Below are positions 17,342-24,974 of a stretch of DNA of 51,888 nucleotides, one piece after another. Both the position numbers and the translations under genes were made by a program. The stretch spans positions 1 through 51,888 of the forward strand of contig JADIMF010000098.1 of NCBI GenBank assembly GCA_017694915.1, read 5' to 3'. The DNA is from Candidatus Ornithospirochaeta stercoravium. GTDB lineage: Bacteria > Spirochaetota > Spirochaetia > Sphaerochaetales > Sphaerochaetaceae. The notes under the pieces were generated by a model. That model was not told the origin of the DNA, searched no databases, and saw only the letters and a program-made list of their open reading frames with translations. The first letter of the stretch is position 1, and each line of letters begins with the position of its first letter.

Positions 17342-17442
17342 ATTTGTTTGACAGAAATCTTTGATTTGTGGCCTAGTTTTACATAATTTCTTATATTGCA
17401 AGTAGAAATTTGTTTGATTGTTGTTTGATGATTGTTTGATTG
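17342..17442 (+). repeat. 101-bp direct repeat, copy 2 (starts at the first base after the AlbA_2 gene stop); carries 3 x 11-bp units at 17410-17442
   Basis: ATTTGTTTGACAGAAATCTTTGATTTGTGGCCTAGTTTTACATAATTTCTTATATTGCAAGTAGAAATTTGTTTGATTGTTGTTTGATGATTGTTTGATTG. No plus-strand gene follows it, because the next gene (MATE) converges. Confidence 0.9.
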
Positions 17443-17574
17443 GAATCTGTTTTCTATGAAAATCAGGTGATGATAAAGTCTCTTGTTGAGAATACAGGAA
17501 GCCGTTAGTGATATGCCATCTTGGAGCTTTCCGTTTCTGGCGGAAAACTCCTGAAAGACATTTTACATGGAGGA

Positions 17575-18906
17575 TTACCTTACGATTTTCCTCAGTCTTG
17601 AGAAAAAAATTATCACAGCGACTATTGCTGTCAGGGCTGCAGCAAGCGGCGTTACGAACCAGAGGCCTTCAAGCTCGAAGCTGCCGAGCACGAGCATTGA
17701 GATGAGAGGGAAAATGAGAGCATTGCAGAGTGAGAGTACAGCAGCTTCCCTGTTGTATTCTATTGCTGATGAGAATGACTGGCATCCGTAGCTTATCCAT
17801 CTGACTGCATATGTAAGTCCCATTATGCTTATTGCATGCACAGCAAGTGACATATCAGAGGCATTTGTTTTCAGGAAGAGGGAGAATATCTCTCCTGGGA
17901 ATATGCTGAGAAGAAGGGTGAAGAGAATGCAGAGAAGAGCGATTGCAATGAATGAATAGAGTACGATCTTTCTGACTCTGTCTTTCCTTCCAGCTCCCCA
18001 GTTGTACCCGATGGCTGGTTGCATGGAATCGAAAATCCCGTACATTCCCGGTACGACGATACCATCTATATTCATGAATACACCGTAGACTGATACGGCA
18101 AGAGCACCTCCGAAATGAAGGAGAAGGCTGTTCATTATGATGGATGTGATCTTGCTCGATGTGTTGTTCAGGAAACTTGGAAGTCCCTGTTTGAATATAT
18201 CCTTCAGCGCGCTCTTCACATGTTTCAGCTTCACAAAATGAAGTGCCATCCTTCCTCTTGCGAATGGATAAATGCAGATGATGCAGACAATCGACATTCC
18301 GAGGCTTGTTCCAAGGGCAGCAAATCCGATTCCGAGATCGAATATATAAAGGAAGATGAACTCGAATATCAGACAGAGTGCTGACATCAGAAGATTCATC
18401 ATCATCGAGAATCTGACTCTTCCGCATATCCTCAGATAGTTGTCGAAAACGAACACAAGGGATGTAAGAGGTGCAAAACATGCATATACGGCAAGGTATA
18501 CAGTTGCATCCTTTACAAGCATCTCATCGGCTCCCATCAGGCGGAACATTGTTGGCCCGAAGATGATGAGAAGAGCCCCCGCAATAAGCGTGAGTATTAC
18601 AGCGGAGAATACTGCTGTGGTGAATAATCTGTCAGCACTGTCGTTCTTTCCTTCACCGAGTCTTATCGCAATGCCTATCGAAGAGCCTACAGCTATCATA
18701 TCGGCGAGAGCGAAGTTTATGAGAATGAGGGGGAGGGCAAGATTGCCCGCCGCGAAAGCATACTCTCCTATGAGTCTGCCGATAAGAAGCATCTCCAACA
18801 GGAAATAGATATTAGACGCTATCATTCCGACAGCTCCAGGTATCGAGGCTTTCAGGAATAGATGCGATGGTTTTGTTGATATGAAGAATTCATGTTCTGA
18901 ATGCAT
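17575..18906 (-). CDS. MATE-family multidrug/toxic-compound efflux transporter
   Basis: 443 aa, about 12 TM. Typical MATE N-terminus (LFLKASIPGAVGMIASNIYFLLEMLLIGRLIG) and a two-fold internal repeat organisation. Divergent from a MerR/BmrR-like regulator. Confidence 0.85.
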   Translation of the reverse strand: MHSEHEFFISTKPSHLFLKASIPGAVGMIASNIYFLLEMLLIGRLIGEYAFAAGNLALPLILINFALADMIAVGSSIGIAIRLGEGKNDSADRLFTTAVFSAVILTLIAGALLIIFGPTMFRLMGADEMLVKDATVYLAVYACFAPLTSLVFVFDNYLRICGRVRFSMMMNLLMSALCLIFEFIFLYIFDLGIGFAALGTSLGMSIVCIICIYPFARGRMALHFVKLKHVKSALKDIFKQGLPSFLNNTSSKITSIIMNSLLLHFGGALAVSVYGVFMNIDGIVVPGMYGIFDSMQPAIGYNWGAGRKDRVRKIVLYSFIAIALLCILFTLLLSIFPGEIFSLFLKTNASDMSLAVHAISIMGLTYAVRWISYGCQSFSSAIEYNREAAVLSLCNALIFPLISMLVLGSFELEGLWFVTPLAAALTAIVAVIIFFSRLRKIVR

Positions 18907-18912
18907 GCTGCT

Positions 18913-18944
18913 ATTGAAAACTATGGAGCATACTCCATAGTCAA
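18913..18944 (-). promoter_or_regulatory. MerR-type promoter candidate for the MATE gene (TTGACT - 20-nt spacer containing the dyad - TTCAAT, 6 nt before the ATG)
   Basis: The minus strand reads TTGACTatggagtatgctccatagtTTCAATagcagcATG. The over-long 19-20-nt spacer with a dyad between -35 and -10 is the classical MerR-family promoter architecture. There is no SD. Confidence 0.45.
18921..18940. promoter_or_regulatory. Palindromic operator candidate for the MerR-family regulator: CTATGGAG-CATA-CTCCATAG
   Basis: Perfect 8-bp arms with a 4-nt spacer, centred in the 54-bp divergent MATE / merR-like intergenic region. Confidence 0.6.
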
Positions 18945-18945
18945 G

Positions 18946-18954
18946 TGGTATACT
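18946..18954 (+). promoter_or_regulatory. Extended -10 promoter candidate of the merR-like gene (TGgTATACT, 6 nt before ATG 18961)
   Basis: TGGTATACTgttaccATG. There is no SD, so the geometry fits a leaderless transcript. Confidence 0.4.
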
Positions 18955-18960
18955 GTTACC

Positions 18961-19770
18961 ATGAAGTTTGATTCGATTTACTACACACCCCAGCAGATGG
19001 CCGATTTCTATGCACTGAAGAAGGATACTCTCCTTTACTATGATAAAATCGGGCTGTTCTCTCCTGCTTTACGAAAGGAGAACGGTTACAGATATTACTC
19101 GGCTCCTCAGCTTAATGAGCTTGAGGCGATTCTCACTCTGCGTGATCTAGGGGTTCCTCTTGCCTCGATAAAGAGATCCAAGGATAACATGGACACTCCA
19201 TCATTCATCGCCCTTCTCGAGAACGAGGAAGGCAGTATCAGGCAGAGGATTGATGAATGCAATTCGCTTCTGAATATGATCAGCGCCGTGAAAGCTTCCG
19301 TGAAGGAGGCAGAGGACGCGGAGAAGAGAAAGCTGTATAAGGTGCACTCAGGGGCGCAGTATATAGTAAGAACCTCTATCGATAACGACAGCGATGAGTA
19401 TACAAGCGATATAGTATGGCAGAATGCCTATCGTGATCTTCTGCAGAAATCAGATAGCAAATTGTTCATCACGATCGGAAGCATCGTTAGGCTTGATGAG
19501 GCTGTTAAGTACCATGGGAGCATATGCAGGGAAGTCTATGCAACTTATGCTTCCCCATCGGATTCAGTTATTCCGGAGGGCGTTTATGCATATATGTTCT
19601 TTCCCGGCTCCTTGTCGGATCTGAATTCTTTTTATGAGCATTTCCTTCAGTCTCTTGAGGAATCTTCGCTTACCCCTCTTGATGATATCTACGAAGAGCT
19701 TACAATTTCCTCTTCTGTTACGCAGAATGAGGCAGATCACGTCACAAAACTGATGGTCAGAGTCGGATGA
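18961..19770 (+). CDS. MerR-family transcriptional regulator with GyrI-like effector-binding domain (BmrR-like)
   Basis: ORF 18901..19770, with the start moved to ATG 18961 (MKFDSIYYTPQQMADFYALKKDTLLYYDKIGLFSP..RKENGYRYY, a MerR HTH). It has a coiled-coil linker and a C-terminal domain of about 150 aa (...VIPEGVYAYMFFPGS...) of GyrI/SOUL type. Confidence 0.85.
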   Translation: MKFDSIYYTPQQMADFYALKKDTLLYYDKIGLFSPALRKENGYRYYSAPQLNELEAILTLRDLGVPLASIKRSKDNMDTPSFIALLENEEGSIRQRIDECNSLLNMISAVKASVKEAEDAEKRKLYKVHSGAQYIVRTSIDNDSDEYTSDIVWQNAYRDLLQKSDSKLFITIGSIVRLDEAVKYHGSICREVYATYASPSDSVIPEGVYAYMFFPGSLSDLNSFYEHFLQSLEESSLTPLDDIYEELTISSSVTQNEADHVTKLMVRVG

Positions 19771-19801
19771 TGTGCTATCATACGGGGAAAAGGGAGGAAT
19801 T

Positions 19802-21694
19802 ATGGAAATGGATAAACTGCTTGGGTATCTCAATCCGGAGTATCCAGGGCTTGGTAATATCGTAAAGGAAGAAGGAAAGAAAGCAGAGAATGAACTTGCA
19901 GCATTCTTCCGTTCTTATCTCGACAGCACCCGCGATAAATACTTCTCGATTCCCTATGAGAAGCCAGAGAACGTTTACAAACTTCCGGGTGAAAGCGATG
20001 AGGAAGCATGTGAGAGAATCATAAAAGGCACGCTTGTATCTGTAGGCGTTCCTTCTGATTTCGGTTCTGTCGACAAGGTCGACTGGCATTCAAACCCTAC
20101 ATATAACGGTTATAAGGAATGGACATGGCAGTTCTCCCGTCATAATGATGTGAAGCTTCTTGCCCATCAGTATCTTCTCTCAGGAAAGAAGGAATATGCA
20201 GAAGCCGCGGCTTCGCTGATGTCTTCATGGATAGCCACATGTCCGCCTCCTGCTCCCGATGTTTCAGGAGGAGAGACGGACTGCTGGAGAACAATTGAGT
20301 GCGGCATAAGAATGGGTGCCAACTGGCCTTATATCATCTATGTTTTCTATAAGGATTTCTCTGATGAGCTTCTTTGCGGCATCCTCCTGTCGCTTTATCA
20401 GCATGGATGGAGGCTGAGGCATAACTATATGTCTGCCAACTGGCGTCTTATGGAGATGAACGGACTTATGCATATATCCGTTCTCTTCCCGTTCTTCAGG
20501 GATTCCGAAGAGTGGAAAGCTTTTGCCATAAAGATGATGCAGGAAGAGAGCGAGAAGCAGATATATCCCGATGGATTCCAGTACGAGCTTACGACAGGCT
20601 ATCATGAGGTAGCGATCAATAATTATCAGAGATTTTTGTCTGTAATGCAGGCCTTTGGGCTTGAAATGCCTTCGTCACTCATCGATGTCATAAAGCGAGG
20701 CGCTGAGGTTAATATCAAATTGATGCTTCCATCTGGAAGACTTCCTGATATAAACGATGGTACGGATCACTTCGTCAAAGAGCTTCTTATGCCGAAAACA
20801 CGGCTAATAAGCGATGATTCCATTGACTGGGTTATATCCGATGGAAAGAAAGGAAGGAAGCCTTCATATGATTCCATCGCGCTTGAGTACTCTGGTTTCT
20901 TTGTTTTCCGCACAGGATGGGGAAAAGATGATGTCTACGCCCTCTTTGATTCAGCGCCATTCGGCAGAGGTCATCAGCATGAGGACAAGCTCTCGTTCAT
21001 GATTGCAGATGGAGAGAGAATTCTTGTTGCTGACTCAGGCTGCTATGCTTATGATGACTCGGATATGCGTAAGTACACCATCTCATCATACGGCCACAAT
21101 GTGATGCTCATAGATGGAATGGGGCAGAACAGAAGACGCGATTACGTATGGCATGATGAGGATATAAAAGAGAAGTCCGATCTCGAATGGGAAATCAGCG
21201 AAGATCTTGAATGGGCAAGAGGCGGATACTCAGGTCCGTATGGAGATGACTGCGAGGAACCGGCTTCATGGAAGAGAAGCATATATTTCGTGAAGAAGAG
21301 CGCTTTGTCATCACGTCCGTATTTCATAATCCATGACGCAGTTGAAGGCAGTACAGAGCATGAGTACACGATGCTCTATCATGTCGATGCAGCAAGGAAG
21401 AGCATATCTTCGGACAGTGCCGTATTCGATGGAATTGCGTTTTCATTCGATGGAGAAGGCGAGCTTTCTTCCGTAAGGGGAGCAATGCACCCTGTACAGG
21501 GAATGATCGCAACTGGAAAGGAACAGGGAATGTACAAGAGCGTTGATGCCCTTGAGTACAGGAAAACAGACTCTTCCTGCAGTTTCCTGACCGTGATCTC
21601 TCTTGATGGTAGCACGTTCTCTGTGAGACTTGATGGTGATTCCATAGTCCTGTCACGAGACGGAAAAGAAGAGCGTGTAGGTATAAGGAAATGA
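19802..21694 (+). CDS. Heparinase II/III-like family protein (second paralogue, cytoplasmic)
   Basis: ORF 19772..21694, with the start moved to ATG 19802, which follows AAGGGAGG. Motif FGRGHQHEDKLSFMIADGERILVADSGCYAYDD is the Hepar_II_III signature. No signal peptide. Confidence 0.8.
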   Translation: MEMDKLLGYLNPEYPGLGNIVKEEGKKAENELAAFFRSYLDSTRDKYFSIPYEKPENVYKLPGESDEEACERIIKGTLVSVGVPSDFGSVDKVDWHSNPTYNGYKEWTWQFSRHNDVKLLAHQYLLSGKKEYAEAAASLMSSWIATCPPPAPDVSGGETDCWRTIECGIRMGANWPYIIYVFYKDFSDELLCGILLSLYQHGWRLRHNYMSANWRLMEMNGLMHISVLFPFFRDSEEWKAFAIKMMQEESEKQIYPDGFQYELTTGYHEVAINNYQRFLSVMQAFGLEMPSSLIDVIKRGAEVNIKLMLPSGRLPDINDGTDHFVKELLMPKTRLISDDSIDWVISDGKKGRKPSYDSIALEYSGFFVFRTGWGKDDVYALFDSAPFGRGHQHEDKLSFMIADGERILVADSGCYAYDDSDMRKYTISSYGHNVMLIDGMGQNRRRDYVWHDEDIKEKSDLEWEISEDLEWARGGYSGPYGDDCEEPASWKRSIYFVKKSALSSRPYFIIHDAVEGSTEHEYTMLYHVDAARKSISSDSAVFDGIAFSFDGEGELSSVRGAMHPVQGMIATGKEQGMYKSVDALEYRKTDSSCSFLTVISLDGSTFSVRLDGDSIVLSRDGKEERVGIRK

Positions 21695-22665
21695 TGAGGA
21701 AACTCATTTTCGCGGCTGTTTTTCTATGCCTTGTCTTTCCATGTTCAGCTTCGCCTGATTATTCCTCTCCTGATACGTGGGCATATTATGCTGAGGGAAA
21801 TGGCGGCGAGACAGATCTTTTCATCATAGCCCCCACTGTTGATATGGGGGCGGATGGGAATATGAACATGTCTCTTTCCGATGAGAAGACCAAAGGAAAT
21901 CTTGTCGGTGCCCTCAATATGGAGAGGGGAATTTTCGAGGATAGCACCGTCATGTATTCCCCGTTCTACAGGCAGATGACATTCCCCGTTTATGCTGAAA
22001 GGATATCTGAGGAAGGAGAGCATCTCGATATTGCCTATGGGGATATAAGGGAGGCGTTCATCTATTACCTTGAGAATATTAATGACGGCAGGCCGTTCAT
22101 CCTTGCCGGATTCTCTCAGGGTGGGCAGATGACGCTGATGCTGCTGAAGGAGTTCTTCGATGAGGAGGAACTTGCCGATCAGCTTATCGCGGCATATGTC
22201 ATAGGCTGGAGGATAACAGATGAGGATCTTGAGGAGTATCCGCACTTAAAGCTTGCTGAAAGGGAAGATGATACAGGTGTCATCGTCTCATTCAACACGG
22301 AGGATGTTTTCGTAAATGATTCCATAATCGTTCCGGAGGGCGTGAAGACATATGGTATCAATCCGCTTAATTGGAAGACCGATAGTACAGTAGCAGATAA
22401 ATCCCTCAATGAAGGTGGCTGCTTCACTGATTATTCCGGAGCGATAATAAGCGAGATTCCGAATCTGACAGGAGCATACATTGATGAGGAGCGCGGTACG
22501 CTGAAAACTCTTGATATAGAGCCTTCTGATTACTCCAGTTCATTGTTCCCTGACGGCGTTTACCATCTCTATGATTACCAGTTCTTCTTCCGTAATCTCC
22601 AGAGCAATGTTTCGGTAAGAACTGAAGCATGGTTTATGAACTGCTCATTGCAGGAAACAGCATAG
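21691..22665 (+). CDS. Secreted alpha/beta-hydrolase, DUF3089-like (GxSxG = GFSQGG)
   Basis: 324 aa. Signal peptide MMRKLIFAAVFLCLVFPCSA. Motifs DLFIIAPTVD and PFILAGFSQGGQM (nucleophile elbow). ATGA overlap with the upstream gene. Confidence 0.65.
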   Translation: MMRKLIFAAVFLCLVFPCSASPDYSSPDTWAYYAEGNGGETDLFIIAPTVDMGADGNMNMSLSDEKTKGNLVGALNMERGIFEDSTVMYSPFYRQMTFPVYAERISEEGEHLDIAYGDIREAFIYYLENINDGRPFILAGFSQGGQMTLMLLKEFFDEEELADQLIAAYVIGWRITDEDLEEYPHLKLAEREDDTGVIVSFNTEDVFVNDSIIVPEGVKTYGINPLNWKTDSTVADKSLNEGGCFTDYSGAIISEIPNLTGAYIDEERGTLKTLDIEPSDYSSSLFPDGVYHLYDYQFFFRNLQSNVSVRTEAWFMNCSLQETA

Positions 22666-22672
22666 GCGATAT

Positions 22673-24175
22673 ATGGAAGAATCTCTCTTTCTCAGAGCAT
22701 ATGAACTCGATAGCAGGAATCTGCCTTTTGCACTGGTGACTGTCATCGGCAGGGATGGAACCACACCGAGGAAGTCTGGAAGGATGCTGGTGGAGGAGGA
22801 TGGAGCAACCCATTCGACAATCGGCGGTCATCATGTGGAAACTGAGGCCGTGAAAGCTTCTATTGAGGCAATGAGAGAAGGCAGAGGTGGAATCATCTCC
22901 GTAGATTCGGGACACGGGAGGATGGAACTTATGATTGATGTGGTGAACAGAGTGAAAAGAGCATATGTAATTGGGTATGGACATGTAGGAAAGAAAATTG
23001 CAGAGACTCTTCATTCAGTGGACTTTGCTCTCTATATCTATGATATATGCCCAGTGGATTGTCAGTTTGCAGCTGAGATACATACCGGAAGTGATTGGAA
23101 GGGCATCCTTTCAGGTCTTGTCCTTGATGAGTATTCCGCCCTTGTTGTAACCGTTCATGCGAAAGATGATATTCTTTCCCTAGTGGATGCTTCGAAGGCT
23201 TTCTACATAGGTGCCATGTCATCGCGTTCCCGTATAATCCCCGGTAAGGATATTTCCTCGCCTCTTGGCCTTGATATAGCTGCGGAGACGCCGGAGGAAA
23301 TAGCGGTAGCTGTCACTGCTGAGATCATGCAGGCTTATAGCAGAACATCAGGAATGCCTCTCAGCGAGAAAGCTAAGCGTCTTGTTATAGTGAGAGGTGC
23401 GGGAGACCTTGCCACTGGAACGATAATAAAGCTCTGGAGAGCGGGGTATGATGTGCTTGCTCTTGAGATAGACAAGCCTACCCAGATAAGGCGGAGTGTG
23501 AGTTTTGCAGAAGCTGTTTACGATGGTGAAATGACTGTCGATGGGGTGAAGGCTGTAAGAATAGAGAGGGCAGAGGATGCATTCCATGCATTCGATGATG
23601 GTTTTGTTCCCGTGTTAGTCGATCCTGATGGGAAAGCGATTGAGAAACTTCATCCTGCTGTTGTCGTTGACGCGATAATCGCGAAGAAGAATCTCGGAAC
23701 GAAGATTGATTCTGCACCGCTTGTAATTGCTTTAGGCCCTGGATTTACAGCTGGTGTGGATGCAGATGCTGTCATAGAGACACAGCGTGGTCACAGGCTC
23801 GGGAGGATAATCAGGGAAGGTTCGGCGGCTCCCAATACGGGAAGGCCTGGGAATATCGGGGGATATACCACGGAAAGAGTAATAAGAAGTCCGAAAGAAG
23901 GTGTATTCCGTGGTATCAGGACATTCGGTGATATAGTTTCAGCTGGGGAGACTATAGCCTATGTCGGTGATACTCCCATAACAGCGACTATCGATGGAAT
24001 GATAAGAGGCATGCTTCATGAAGGACTTTATGTCACAGAAGGCTTCAAGGTCGCAGATATAGATCCCAGAGGAAAGGATGCTGATTACACGATGCCGTCA
24101 GATAAGGCATATGCAATCGCGGGTGGGGTACTTGAATGCGTTGATGCATTCTTCTCGGGAAGAAATCACATCTGA
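22673..24175 (+). CDS. yqeB: XdhC/CoxI-family + YqeB-family fusion (selenium-dependent molybdenum hydroxylase maturation-type accessory protein)
   Basis: 500 aa. The N-terminus NLPFALVTVIGRDGTTPRKSGRMLVEEDGATHSTIGGHHVE is XdhC_CoxI-like, followed by a Rossmann-like segment VIGYGHVGKKIAE. The C-terminal half LVIVRGAGDLATGTIIKLWRAGYDVLALEIDKPTQIRRSVSFAEAVYDG is YqeB/EF2563-type. Confidence 0.7.
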   Translation: MEESLFLRAYELDSRNLPFALVTVIGRDGTTPRKSGRMLVEEDGATHSTIGGHHVETEAVKASIEAMREGRGGIISVDSGHGRMELMIDVVNRVKRAYVIGYGHVGKKIAETLHSVDFALYIYDICPVDCQFAAEIHTGSDWKGILSGLVLDEYSALVVTVHAKDDILSLVDASKAFYIGAMSSRSRIIPGKDISSPLGLDIAAETPEEIAVAVTAEIMQAYSRTSGMPLSEKAKRLVIVRGAGDLATGTIIKLWRAGYDVLALEIDKPTQIRRSVSFAEAVYDGEMTVDGVKAVRIERAEDAFHAFDDGFVPVLVDPDGKAIEKLHPAVVVDAIIAKKNLGTKIDSAPLVIALGPGFTAGVDADAVIETQRGHRLGRIIREGSAAPNTGRPGNIGGYTTERVIRSPKEGVFRGIRTFGDIVSAGETIAYVGDTPITATIDGMIRGMLHEGLYVTEGFKVADIDPRGKDADYTMPSDKAYAIAGGVLECVDAFFSGRNHI

Positions 24176-24645
24176 TTATTTCCTTTCAGTCTGGCAATGC
24201 CATGAACTATTGAGCGGGCAAAGACATCGAAGGCTTCCCTTGCACCTTTCGGGGTTCCCGGAAGATTGATGATTATGGCTTTCTTCCTGATTACCGCGAT
24301 TCCACGTGTCAGCATGACATTCGGAGATGTTTTAATATTTGCGTTTCTTATTGCTTCTGCCAGTCCTTGGGCGAACCGGTCCGCAGCTTCCGCAGTGGCT
24401 TCTGGTGTGACATCTCTTTCTGCAAAACCGATACCACCTGCCGTGAGGATGAGATCTGCAGTATCATTATCTGCGATTTTCATGATTTCATCTCTGATTG
24501 CATCTTTTTCGTCAGGAAGTATTCTGTAGCCGGTAATTTCGAAACCTGCGGCTTTTACATTCTTGATGAGTTCAGGACCTGTAAGATCCTCTTTCTCCTT
24601 TCTTGAAGCCCTATCTGAAATAGTGAGAATGAAAACCCTGTTCAT
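24166..24645 (-). CDS. mog: Molybdopterin adenylyltransferase MogA / MoaB-family protein
   Basis: 159 aa. VFILTISDRASRKEKEDLTGP...DLILTAGGIGFAERDVTPEAT is the MoCF_biosynth signature. SD GAAGGAGG. Its 3' end overlaps the yqeB-like gene by 10 nt (convergent). Confidence 0.85.
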   Translation of the reverse strand: MNRVFILTISDRASRKEKEDLTGPELIKNVKAAGFEITGYRILPDEKDAIRDEIMKIADNDTADLILTAGGIGFAERDVTPEATAEAADRFAQGLAEAIRNANIKTSPNVMLTRGIAVIRKKAIIINLPGTPKGAREAFDVFARSIVHGIARLKGNNQM

Positions 24646-24740
24646 AAGTCCTCCTTCAGAAGGAATTGTAACCTGTGGAAAAGAATGCAGGAAGAAAAAG
24701 ATGAATTCCTTTTTCTGTCAGCGATACTGAATATTGTGAA

Positions 24741-24769
24741 TTGACACTATATTTATGTAGTGATACTTT
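24741..24769 (+). promoter_or_regulatory. Candidate sigma70-type promoter of hicAB (TTGACA-17-TACTTT with TGn extension)
   Basis: TTGACA 24741-24746; spacer ctatatttatgtagtga; TACTTT 24764-24769. It lies about 20 nt upstream of the hicA ATG, with AAAGGGGA as SD. Confidence 0.45.
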
Positions 24770-24788
24770 TGTTTTAAAGGGGATTCGA

Positions 24789-24974
24789 ATGCCTGTAAGT
24801 GGAAAAGAACTTATAAGAGAATTGCGCAAAGCAGGATACGAAGTAAAGAGAATTACAGGTTCTCATTATGTTATGGATAATGGAAAGATTACTGTTGTTG
24901 TTCCAAATCATAGTTCGGATTTGCCAATGGGAACAGAAATGGCAATAAGAAAGAGAACAGGAGTATGCAGATGA
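24789..24974 (+). CDS. hicA: HicA-family mRNA interferase toxin
   Basis: ORF 24741..24974, with the start moved to ATG 24789. MPVSGKELIRELRKAGYEVKRITGSHYVM... has the conserved GSH motif. About 61 aa. Confidence 0.85.
   Translation: MPVSGKELIRELRKAGYEVKRITGSHYVMDNGKITVVVPNHSSDLPMGTEMAIRKRTGVCR

Noticed and set aside
17443-17574. Possible sRNA or terminator: hairpin GGAGCTTTCCG-tttctgg-CGGAAAACTCC at 17523-17551, downstream of repeat copy 2 and of the MATE stop.
   Set aside because: The stem has one mismatch and no U-run on either strand. Only 4- to 12-codon ORFs are present. I cannot tell a MATE 3' structure from chance without expression data, so it is mentioned only within the iteron finding.
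24646-24740. Moco riboswitch upstream of mog.
   Set aside because: The leader is under 100 nt and lacks the conserved Moco-motif stems and loops as I remember them. It contains only a loose inverted repeat (CAGAAGGAATT...AATTCCTTTTTCTG).
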